From contig JAGIQG010000008.1 of NCBI GenBank assembly GCA_024679065.1, positions 40,548,001 through 40,612,000 on the forward strand: a stretch of DNA of 64,000 nucleotides. Reading direction: 5' to 3'. The DNA is from Sphyrna mokarran. Its lineage: Eukaryota. The stretch's first letter is position 1; every line of letters starts with the position of its first letter. The notes beneath the pieces were generated by a model. That model saw nothing but the letters and a program-made list of their open reading frames with translations. It did no database searches and had not been told where the DNA came from. Shown in pieces: positions 38,980 through 50,352 of the stretch. The position numbers were made by a program, and so were the translations under genes.

Positions 38980-40620
38980 TAGTCCATAGTCGTCTGCTAA
39001 CACAGTTGCCTGCCTGGCAGTTTTAACTTTTTGATCCTTCACATAAGTTTTTATCGCTGAAGGCAGCGAATCTTTAAATTCTTCTCTACAGATTTCATAG
39101 GTTCCATAATCTTTAATGCTCTTCTCTATTTATCAAAATTAATCTGTTTAATCCTTTCAAATTCAATTTGATCTTCTGCAGACTGTCCCTTTATACTTCA
39201 AAACTTCTGTCTGTATGGCTCTGGTACCAACTCATAAGCACCAAGCACAGCTAAGTTCATTCATCATATTCCCCAAATACCTCTTCTGACAGAGACATAT
39301 ACAATTCACTGGACCCTCTTACTGGTCTACTCTGTAAAAGTAATATTCAGCTTCCTTGTGGTCACTTCATCTGTTTGGTTATTTTCTCAAATGAATTGAA
39401 AAATGCTTCCATCTTCTTATTATCAAATTTTGGAAAAGCCAGTATGAACTTAAACATGTCCCCATTGGATTATAATCTGGAAGTAGGTTCCTTGATAACT
39501 TCCTCTTTTTAAACTGCCTGCATTTTAAGACAAAATTCTCTGTCTCTCTCCCTTTCTCTTTCTTCCTGGCTAACTTCTCCATTTTCAATTCCCTTTCATG
39601 CCTTCTATCTCTCTTTCATCCATTTCAAGTCCCTTCATTTCTATTTCTCTTTCTACTTCTAATTGTTTCACTTGTAACTGAATTTTAGCTAATTCGCTTG
39701 GAGAACTTGCTTTGTCAAATTAAAATATTTAGCTACATTTTCAATTCTGTCTGCTTTCTTTATTCCCATTGGTAATCCTAGTTGTAACTCATCTGCCAAT
39801 TCCATTAATTTAACTTTATTACTCTTTTAAATGATGGCACAGTGGCATAATGGTTAGCACTGCTGCCTCATTGTATCAGGGACCCGGGTTGGATTCAGAC
39901 TTGGGTCACTGTCTGAGTGGAGTTTGCACATTTTCCCTGGGTCTGGATGGGTTTCCTCCAGGTGCTCCGGTTTCCTCCCACAGTACAAAAATGTGTAAGT
40001 TAAGTGGATTGGTCAGACTCGATTGCCCCTTAGCGTTAGGGGGACTAGCTAGGGTAAATGCATGAGTTTTGGGGATACAGCTGGGGTGGGATTGTGGTCG
40101 GTGCAGAATGATGGGCCAAGTGGCCTCCTTAAGCAGTGTAGGATTCTATGATTCTAGGATTCTAAGCCCTCCAATGTTACATCATTTGTTGTCACCAAGT
40201 CTTAGAAACGCTAAAGTCATTTGCAGTTATCTACTCCAAAATTTCATAATACTCTTCCTGATTCAATTCACTCCTCACTCTTGTTACTTTTAAAATCTCT
40301 AATTCCAGAATAATCAAGGAATTATATTTTTAATATCTTGCCAAGACCCTAATTTTGTTGAGAGTACAACTGATGTTAAATGCTGGGCATTTCAGATCAC
40401 AGAGGGGAAACTTGTAATGTCAACTCTCTACTGTATTTTATAATTATGTCAACTCTCTACTGTATTATCTCAATGCTATAAAATAATGTGAGGACAGATG
40501 TGAATACCAGTGAAGGATGTTCCAGATGTTTATGCAATGATTTTAAACAAAAACAAATGTTTATTAAATAGTAAGACACACAAGGAAGTTCCCTATGAAT
40601 ATTATTATTTGAAGGATAAT
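38980..40620 (-). mobile_element. Gmr1-like Gypsy remnant: LTR end, PBS-like site and SCAN-like gag
   Basis: Minus strand ~39200-39455 encodes (with stops and a frameshift) FPKFDNKKMEAFFNSFEKI...LLLQS...AYELVPEPYRQKF. CAACA-AAATT-AGGGTCTTGGCAAGAT near 40333-40360 resembles an LTR end plus decayed Pro PBS. Interrupted by a SINE at 39835-40162. Confidence 0.65.
39835..40162 (+). mobile_element. V-SINE (HE1-like), CR1-tail subtype
   Basis: A box TGGCATAATGGTTAGC, V domain, tail GATGGGCCAAGTGGCCTCCTT...TAGGATTCTATGATTCTA. Confidence 0.9.
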
Positions 40621-41319
40621 ATATTATTGAGAAAGTGGAGACCTTAGGTGGATGAGTAATGACCAGAACTATACTAAATTGTAATACTACCTGGTATAGG
40701 AAAGAAATTCAGCAAATAACTTATGAGATTCCATTAGGGGAGCATTTAAAAATAGGGACAATCAGGTCAAGATACAGAAACACCTTTACTGGCCTACACT
40801 GCTCAAGGATGTAGTTAGATTTTGTTGAACATACCACACATGTCGAGTGATAAGAGAACTGCAAGCTGTAATAAAAATCCACCTTTAATTCCTATTCCAG
40901 CCTTTGAACAGGCTTTCATGAGAGTTCTGTGTGGGACTCCTTCAGTATAATCAGAGTGAGCTTTAGTGCCCCTTTGGGCTCTACAATGGATCTTTGTGCC
41001 TCATCTGTCTTGGGCTTCCTACAATTACATTGGACCCATACTCCCCACCTATTTTCATTGGATCCTGGGCCCCAAATATCTTAGTTAAAATTTTCATATG
41101 TGTTTAAAGCTCTTCATGGCTTGACCCATTCCTACCTCTGTAATCTCTTCCAGTCTAGAACTTTCCCCCAGAGCATCCTATTCCTCCAACTCTGTAGTCC
41201 ATGTGGTATGATATTCCCATACTGCTTTTAAGGAGGGAGGTTGAAGATTTTGGCCCAGTGATAGTGGAAGAATGGTGATATATTTGTGAGTCAGAAGAAT
41301 GCATGTTCGGGGTTAATTA

Positions 41320-41490
41320 TGATGGCTGCTTTCCTGAAGCAGCAGGAAGTATAGACAGAGTCAATGGATGAGAGGTTGGTTTGTGTGATGGATTGGGCTA
41401 TATTCACAACATTTTTTAGTTCCTTGCAGTCTTGGACAGAGCAGAAGCCATACTAAGCTGTGATACAACCAGAAGGAATGCATTCTATGA
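41320..41490 (-). mobile_element. Rex1/Babar LINE fragment
   Basis: Encodes IECIPSGCITA*YGFCSVQDCKELKNVVNIAQSITQTNLSSIDSVYTSCC, a Rex1 C-terminal signature. Confidence 0.65.
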
Positions 41491-43303
41491 TTACAGATTA
41501 TGATTGAGTAAGATCCTGCTGTTAATGGTTCACAGCGCCTCATAGATGTCCAGTTTTGAGTTGCAAGATCTGTTCAAAATCCATGCCATTTAGCATGGTG
41601 ATGCTGCCATGCAGCATGATGGCGGGAGGGGGGGGGGGTGTTCTCAATCTGAAGACAGATGGCCATTTCTACCTCTTTAGGGCAGAAGAAATGGAAATGC
41701 TCTTCCAAACCTCATTAGGAAATCTTAGGCCTCTCCTACCTCGTTGACCCTATCCCTTGTCCGATTGATGGGCCTCTGCAGGATGGCCTAGCAAATGATG
41801 TCATATACTTCCCTGATTTTGGCAAGGAGCCTTGAAGGTGTGCAAATTTGGCAACTTCTGTCCTAAAACAAGGACTAAATTAGTTGTGCTGTTTAAGTGA
41901 GGCCCAGGATTTAAAATATCTCCACCTTTTTTTTGCTGCAGCAAGTGAGTTTTGAGCCAATGTCAAAACTCACTTGTTGAAATTTGTCGCCCTATTAAGA
42001 TCAGGATCTTGGTGTCAATTTTATTTTACAATGCTTCTTTTGCTATGTTAAAGTTGCAGTGTCAATGCAAGTTGTGTTTAGAGCCTTATTTGACACATTT
42101 ACATTCTGTATCAAAATATGATTTTTCATGCTTTTCCATCAAGTACTGTAAAGAATGAATACTTACCAATATATCTACCTTCAATCTCCTTTGTGATTGG
42201 TAGTGCTGATGCTTACTGACTCCCAGTCTTTTCCTCTTGCTGACAGTGCAGGTAAGCTTGATTAATTTAATTAGCTTCTTGTTCCAAGCTTCATTGTGTT
42301 TCTGGAAGAAAAGCTGCATTTTTAATTAACTGTTTTTGAAATTTTCAGATCTTCCCTTTAATTTCCAGCACTGACCATGCATTCCCCAACAACCTAAGAC
42401 TCATAATGACTTCAGATCCTCGCATTTCTGTTACTGCTACTTCTGGACATACACATTTGCTCCTATCCGCGTTTGATCAGATTACTAATCTTCACTGGCT
42501 CCCTAGCACTGAGTCGAAAGAGTGATAAAATGAACAGGTGATAAAGACTGAGTAGAGAAAAGAGAGAGGAGAATGGAATTGGGGGAGGGATATTGGTGGA
42601 AATCTTCAAAAGGAATTGGAAAAATTTGCAATGAGGAATAATGGATTAGGGAGTGAAGGAAGGGAGGGAAAAAGACCATGGAAGGTGAATTCACAGGGTG
42701 AACAAATTTATCCAGAATTAGCTCAGGTTTGCAAGCATGATTTAGACTCCATCTCCTTCATCTACTTCCCAATGTTCTGTGGTACACAAGGTAGACTTCT
42801 TCCCTTTCCAATGACTTGAAACCTGACTGCAGTCCTGGCTGGATCCTTCCTCCAACTGATAACCTGATAACTTGCCTGCAAAACAGTCAAGATTCCTCTT
42901 TACACTAACTGTGCCCCAGAAGTAATGTTGCAGCTCATACTCCAAAGATAGTCTGCAGTTCTGGCTAGATTTCTCTCTCTACCTCAAACTCTCATCCCTA
43001 CTTCCAAATCTGCGGATCTGAGAGACTGGCAAATTATTCCTGTCACTGGTACCTTGAAAAATGTGGTCTGTGGCTATCTGTAGCTCCCTGCCTTGCTTTA
43101 AAAAACCATCCCATACCTACTACAGCAGCAATCTGTCAGCAACCCTCAATGACTCCTAACAATTACACCTGCTCCTAACATGAAGAAAATAGAAGAAATC
43201 AAAACAGTATGTCTGTCTGTTGCTTGCCTATTATCTATTACATTTTTATAAGATGAACAATTGCTGTCCATATTACTCCTAGTTGTAGACAATCTTAAAG
43301 TTG

Positions 43304-43587
43304 AAAGTTTATTTATTAGTGTCACAAGTAGCTTAAAATTACACTGCAATGAAGTTACTATGAAAATCCCCTAGTTGCCTGTTCAGGTACACTGAGGGAG
43401 AATTTAGCATGGCCAATGCATCTAACCAGCACATCTTTCAAGCACTAGGAGAAAACCAGAGCACGTAGAGGAAATCCAGACACAAGAAGAAACACGCAGA
43501 CTCCGACAGTGACCCAAGTCAGGAATCGAACTCGGGTCCCTGGTGCTGTGAGGCAGCAGTGCTAACCACTGCCACCATGCCACCCCG
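43304..43587 (-). mobile_element. V-SINE (HE1-like), AATAAATAAA-tail subtype
   Basis: Full head-to-tail reverse-complement match to the other copies. Confidence 0.88.
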
Positions 43588-43941
43588 TGTCATCAGTATT
43601 TTAGTGGTCACATATTGTGCATCAGCAAACAATAAAGCACTGGCAAATTATAATTGAAAAGGTAAAAGGAAGCATATTAATCAAACATGAGAAAAACAGC
43701 AGGAAACTGCCTTGAGATACAATTAAGGACTTATGAAAACAACTAATCCTACATGGTCAGGCAAGAAAAGCATCAATGAATTAAATTAAAAAATATGAAC
43801 CAATTGAATTACTCAAAATAATTTCTGAAAATAGATTTGCCTGCCATAAAATTAATTTAAAAATCCACAAAAACATTGTATTTGCTGCCTATACAAGGTC
43901 TAGTTTTTGAACTCATAAATGTGCCCTCTGACCTGATATTT

Positions 43942-44204
43942 TTGATGAAGAGATGCTGGCGTTGGACTGGGGTAAACACAATAAGAAGTCTCACAACACC
44001 AGGTTTAAGTACAACCAGTTTATTTGATAGTAATCCCACAAACTTTCGGAAATGGTGTTCTTTCATCAGGTATGTAGAAGGTCCTGGTGTGGAAGGTGTG
44101 TGGAACCTTCCACACACTTGACGAAGGAACACCATTTCCAAAAGCTTGTGGATTACTATCAAATAAACTGGTTGAACTTAAACCTGATGTTGTGAGACTT
44201 CTTA
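43942..44204. mobile_element. Penelope-type hairpin insertion (inverted terminal repeats) with hammerhead-like cores
   Basis: Arms ~43983-44071 and ~44116-44205 are reverse complements; one unpaired tail (GATGCTGGCGTTGGACTGGGG); CTGATATTT at 43933-43941 and 44205-44213. Confidence 0.75.
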
Positions 44205-44779
44205 CTGATATTTATGCCCAGATCTGTGCCTCTAAATTCAACATTGATTAAGTCTGAGTTTGTATCAATAACACTCTCATTACTATATTAATTCACTACA
44301 ATTTTCAGCAATATCTAATGATGGTTTCTGAAAATTATTTTAATCCTCATAAAACAAAAGAGTATCAAAATGGCTCATTTGTTGACAAAATTCTATCTGC
44401 TGTTAAATCAGAGAATTCAAATTTCCTGTTTTTTACTAACATAGACAATGTAACTTGAATGTGCCCATCCTCCATTCAATGCCCATCAGAGTTTTGCATC
44501 TGTTAATTACTTATGATTATGGAGTATTGAATTTATTAACAGATTACTCTGAAGTTAAGCAACTTATGCTGTGTGCAATGCATATTGATAAATGGCATTA
44601 TCTAGATGAACCTAGGTTTGGACAAATTTCAAAATGACATTTGCTTATGTTACTTATCTTCCTAAATACTCAACAAAATTGTGAATGACACTTAGAAAGC
44701 CCCTATTACTCCAATAATTATTGCTACAGTTATTGTAATTACTGCTATATCTTAATATATTTGATACTTTCCTAGGCCC

Positions 44780-44985
44780 CACACTAACCCATAGATCAGA
44801 GAAATGGTATAGTGCAGAAAGAAACCATTGGTCCCTCATGCCTGCATCAGATCTGCAAATAGGCAATTCGCTCATTTCCATTCTCTCATCTTTTCCCGAT
44901 AACTCTGCACATGCTTCCTTTTCAGATTACAGTCTAATTCCCTTCTGAATGTCTTGATTAAACCTGCCTCTATTATACTGTCAGG
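44780..44985 (-). mobile_element. Old CR1 3' end fragment
   Basis: CATAGATCAGAGAAATGGTATAGTGCAGAAAGAAACCATTGGTCC is a reverse-oriented CR1-type tail. Confidence 0.55.
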
Positions 44986-45694
44986 CTACCAGGTTCTTGA
45001 GAGTTTTTTTGTAGAAATCTCAGAAGCAACAAAAGAATTACCAAAAGTCGCCAATCGCATTTGTTGGTTTAGTTGGTAGCACTCTCATTTCTGATGAGAA
45101 GTTTGTGAACATAAAATCCAAATCAGGATATGAAAGGATAACCCAATCTGATATTTAAAGGCAGTACTGAAGTAATGCTACATAGTTAAAACACATCTTT
45201 TGATTAAAAACAATAATGGTCAAAAATGACACTACAAATTCCAACAGAATCATTAATTATAAACCATGGGGCTTGAAGTTCCTCAGAGTGGCAATCAGTG
45301 TTAGATTGCCTGTCCATGCACAATTTCTTACAGTTTTTTACTCTATCTCGCACAACCTTCCAGGCGAGATGTCGAGGGAAGTCAGAGATTAGACAGGACA
45401 AAAGTGGGGGCAGGGATGTTCGGAGGAGGGAGAGTTGGAGTTCGTGGGTTTAGTTAAAAGAAGCTGAAGATGGGGGTCAAAGGTCAGGGGTGGGCTACAG
45501 TGTCACAGTGGGGTGGGTCAGAGATTGAGGGAGTCAGAATTTAGGGGGTGAGCTCAGGAGGTTGGAGATTGGGTTGGGTTAGGCCTAGGGTGTGGTCAGT
45601 TGGACAGAAGTGGGAGAGATTATGTGGGACTGAAGATTGGGTCCAATCGCAGTGAGTGGGGCTGGGGTTATCACCATTTCCCGCCCCCCGAATC

Positions 45695-45975
45695 AGCAGT
45701 GGGTTAGCACTGCTACTTCATAGCACCAAGGACCCAAGTTCAATTCTGGCCTTGCAGTTTGCATATTCTCCCCCAGCATGATTTTCCTCTGGGTGTTCCA
45801 GTTTCCTTCCACAGTCCAAAGATGTATGGGTTAGGGAGTTAGTGAAGTAACTATGTGGCATTATGGGAATGGGACCTGGGTAAAGAAGCTCTGTCAGGCA
45901 ATCAGTGCAGACTCAATCACTTGAATGGTCTCCATCTCCACATCATCTCTTTCTCCACTGCAGGGATTCTATGAA
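45695..45975 (+). mobile_element. V-SINE (HE1-like), CR1-tail subtype, decayed
   Basis: GGTTAGCACTGCT...GTTCAATTC head; tail CACTGCAGGGATTCTATG. Confidence 0.75.
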
Positions 45976-45979
45976 TTCA

Positions 45980-47040
45980 TTCAGAGACTATTTCCTGAGG
46001 TGAATGTAGCTTTACTCGGGGGCATAATCACAAGGTTCATGGTGGGAGATATAGGAGGGATGTCCGAGATGGGTTCTTTATTCAGAGAGTAGTTGGGGTG
46101 CGTAATGCACTGCCGCTGTGATAGTGGAGTCTGACACTTTAGGAACTTTCAAGAGGTTACTGGATAGGCATATGGAACACATCACAATGATAACAATAAA
46201 TGTGTAGAGTATAGGGCTAATGGTAGGGCTCTTAATAGTGTTGAGGAACAGAAGGATCTTGGTGTATGTGTCAATAGATCCCTGAAAGTAGGCAGTCAAG
46301 TGGATAAAGTTGTTAAGAAGGCATATGGAGTCTTAGCTTTTATTGGTAGGGGGATTGAATTTAGGAGCCGCAGCATCATGTTGCAACTGTACAAAACTCT
46401 AGTGCGGCCGCACTTGGAGTATTGTGTGCAGTTCTGGTCCCCACATTATAAGAAAGATGTGGAGGCATTGGAGAGGGTACAGAGGAGGTTTACCAGGATG
46501 TTGCCTGGTATGGAGGGCAGGTCCTATGAAGAGAGGTTGAAGGATTTGAGGTTGTTTTCGTTAGAAAGGAGGCGGCTAAGAGGGGATCTTATTGAAGCAT
46601 ATAAGATGATTAGAGGTTTAGATAGGGTGGACAGTGATAGCCTTTTTCCTAGGATGGAGAAAGCTAGCACGAGGGGACACAGCTTTAAATTAAGGGGTAT
46701 GAGTTATAGGACGGATATCAGAGGTAGGTTCTTTACTCAAAGAGTGATTAGGGAGTGGAATGCCCTGCCTGCAGCTGTTGTAGATGCGCCAAGTTTGGTG
46801 GCGTTTAAGAGGTTAATTGATAAGTATATGGAAGAGAAGGGAATGGTTTAGTTTGGAGGGGCATTGCTTTTTATTTTGGTCGGCACAACATCGAAGGCCG
46901 AAGGGCCTGTTCTGTGCTGTAATGTTCTATGTTCTATAAGGAAGTGGGATAGCTTGATCTTGGCTTCAGACATAGCTCAGCACAACATGGAGGGCCGAAA
47001 AGTCTGTACTGCGCTGTACCGTACTATATCTAAGTTCTAT
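45980..47040 (+). mobile_element. Older CR1 3' fragment hosting the young CR1 copy
   Basis: 45980-46191 encodes a CR1 C-terminus (FFIQRVVG...); its 3' UTR resumes at 46938-47040. Confidence 0.75.
46192..46937 (+). mobile_element. CR1 LINE, young, 5'-truncated; near-identical to 21276-22021
   Basis: ORF 46300-46851 differs from the first copy at two residues; about five nucleotide differences by eye. Confidence 0.95.
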
Positions 47041-47239
47041 TCCCCATACCCCTGACCGCCGTGCTTGCTTGCTTGGTCTTTTTTCTAATTTAGCGGCAAT
47101 TACTTGGAACCACTGGCAGAGGGAGTAAGATCTCTTTTTTTAAAAAAAGTCAGGCAAACAACACAACTCGAAATTGCCAACTCGGAATAAAACCCAAAGG
47201 AAAACTATAGCTGAGGAATTTTTAAGAATTAACACATGT

Positions 47240-47700
47240 TGAAGCGTCTATTTGCGTGACAGCACCACGTGACTCCGCAACTCCGCCACACAACATTCTA
47301 ATGTCACGAGACACCTATGCTGCTCCCCGATTGGCCGAAATTCCCCATTCTACTTCCTGATTGACCGAGACCCCACCTCTCGGGGTCGGCGCCTTCATTT
47401 CTATGTCGCTGCTGCCAGTCTTATTTACTGTGACACTGACTCATTTAATCTGTGCGACGGTTATTCCTTGCAGAATTTCAGCAAACGTTGCATAAAATTC
47501 CCAATAAAAAGATAAAATTAAAATATACTCGCCCTCCATTAATTCCCAGAAACGGATGCCGTCACGCTGACCGCTTTCTGTAGATTATAAATAACCAGGT
47601 GAATTTCACATATAGTGAGAGGTTAACACTCAAACAGTGTTTGCTGTATTGTATGATCTTTCAGGGCAATCGGAAGTAGCGACAGTGTTATTTTCAGAAC
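47240..47700. promoter_or_regulatory. Promoter-like motif cluster at the edge of a CpG-retaining domain
   Basis: CACGTGAC (47266-47273), GTCACGAG (47303-47310), ATTGG (47330-47334), ACTTCCTG (47352-47359), CGGAAGT (47671-47677). Confidence 0.5.
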
Positions 47701-50204
47701 AGTAATAGCAATATTTTACAGTGTATTCTTGGTTACTTTTTCCACTATTTTTAATCGGCTTATCTTGTTCGTGATTATGTCATGCGTTTCGTGAAAGTCC
47801 TTTCATCTTTTGTGAAGTGTCATTTATCGTGGTTTTTGATTTGTTTAAAGTTTCCGTTTCCCAATAACACACAAAACATGTTTTGAGTTTTCATTGCAAC
47901 GGTTATTTCTGATCCAAACCGGTCTCTTAATCTAACAGTTTTGAAATGATACTTACATATTGATTGGAACCGTTAAAGATTGTTCTTAATCTGTTCTTTG
48001 AAATGTATCATATTTCCCGATCACGCGGCTTTTTTTGCGTATAAACAAAATCACAGGAGAAAGTCTGTTGACAAGTGCAGTGCGAGAAAGATTTCACGTA
48101 AAACATTAACTCATCTATATAGATAAACGTATATTTTACATGTTTTTATTTACGTCTTGAGAGAAAGAGTTCCAAACCTTTCTGTTTCGCTAGACTTTAA
48201 ACAAGTTACAACAACATTATTTTACATGCTTTGTTTATTTTTTAACTAGGCGGGGCTGAATTCACTCAGTTTTCAGAGGCGGTAATTAACACTGGAACGA
48301 AGATAAATTCAAGCTTCAAAATGCTTAATTTTAACGTTTTATAAATGAGACATAAATTATTCAGACGAAACAAAATTTAAGTTTAAATATTAAAAATAAA
48401 TTTCAGAGGCATAGTGATCGACCTTGTTCGAATTATATTTTTGATTCCATCATCTCTTATAATAGAAAATGTTACACACCAAACTACCTATATATAGATT
48501 TTCAAAGTTGCATTGTTAATGTAAGCCTACTACTAATAAATTGACACTAATAAATATTACATATACATTCAATCCTCAATTATAAAGTCACACTTTTGTG
48601 TTATGCTGCATTATAGACTGTTATTAACCGTTTCGCTTGCCAGATACTGCAGTTTTTTTAAAAAAAGTGCAACTGTGTCTGGATTTCAGAAAGTTTTAAA
48701 TATGCAATATGCGACATTGAAGAAATGGACAATGCAGCTGATTGAAATAAAATCCAACGTACATTTTTTTAAAAGCCTCCCAGTAAGTCATATGCTGTAA
48801 CGGTGATCCATTTATCAAAACAGATTGTGTCTTTATAAAACATGAAGTAAAACGCATCTGTATTACACATTCAGGTGTGAAGTGTAGTTAAAGAAGCCGT
48901 AGTTGTGTAAAACCGGGTGTTGTATAGAACATTAAGTCCGGTAATTATGTACTTCCAAATTAATTCGCAATCTATATTGGTGGCTTTTTCCTCATGTGTG
49001 TAAAATATGGCAACCAATACTGCAAGGCGACTTAATTTCAGAGTGCATGAAACCAACCTAAAACTTCTGTGTCATTTAAGGTCAGAACAGGCGGTTAGCA
49101 ACAGTCCTCATCTCTCTCTCTCGAACGGATTCTGTTTTTTGCCACATCACACAGGTTTAACCCTTTAACTGTTTATACTGGAATTATTTGTTCTCGAAAA
49201 ATGCTTAAAAGTAAATTGACCGCTCTCCACCCGAATAAAAAGAATGATTGCGTCAGTGAAGAATTTCTTGGCATTCTGCTTTGTGGAACGAGGTTATTCA
49301 TTATTACAAATTAAGAGAGGAATTTGACTATTTCGAGGATTGTTGCTAGCAACGGTATTATTTAAAATGTGGATTTGACCTTTTAAGGCGTCTTTATATT
49401 CAATACATTTCCAAACAGCTGAAAAGATGCACAATGTTAGTCCTGTAGGTTATTGAAATAAAATCCAATATATATATAAAATTGTGTCACAATCCAATAA
49501 CTCAAATGCTTACGGTGCATATTTAAAAAAAAACATTAAAAAGACGCCGTTTTTCATTTCAAAATGTTTGCCCTTAACATAAACGATTGTAAAGATGCAA
49601 AACACAATAAAGAATAAACGAACATTTTTACCGAGCTTCTTCCCTATGGCCGCTGGAGCGGGGGCGGGTACGGCGGTGGTGGCATGTCTTCGGCCTCCTG
49701 TCAACTCAGTTGAACTCTTCAATCTTTTCAATGAATTTAGTTATTGGTCAACACTTTATCTTAAAGATAAACCGGCTAAGTACAGACTAATGATCAGAAA
49801 CTGGCGAACAAAATTTGTTTGAACAAAGCCTGTGATCCAAGCAGCCAGTGCTTTCACAAACACAGAGCTGCAATGGCTATTGTTAATATTCACATCGTAT
49901 AAACTTGTTCCATTCGAAAACAACACAACAGATTCTACTACATATGGGTAATAATGCATTTTTAAAAAATAATGAATAAAAAGTATAAAGTATTGAAATA
50001 GTCGGAGACATGCAGTAAATGGGTAAAAATAAACGAAAAAAGCCTAACAAAACTTCCGATGTCCTCATTCTTCCAGAGTAATGGAGTTGTTACTGTTGAC
50101 AGGTTTGGATAGGTAAATTTCCCTAGTTAACACCTCTTGCCGAAAACCAAGTCATATAATCGGGAATTTCTTTCAGGATCAACCATGAGAGACAGAACCA
50201 ATAT

Positions 50205-50352
50205 TTTATGCTGTGGTAAAAACAGAGAATTCTGAAACACTCTGCAGGTCCGGCAGGGGTTTGGGAGAGAAAATCAGTTCAGGTCAAGGACCATTCACCT
50301 CTTATTAGATGCTGGCAGGCCTGCTGAATATTTCTACCATTTTATATTTTCA
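50205..50352. mobile_element. Decayed Penelope-type hairpin element
   Basis: AAAACAGAGAATTCTG...GCAGGTCCGGCAG and the complementary GATGCTGGCAGGCCTGCTGAATATTTC; same family as ~16595-16720. Confidence 0.55.
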
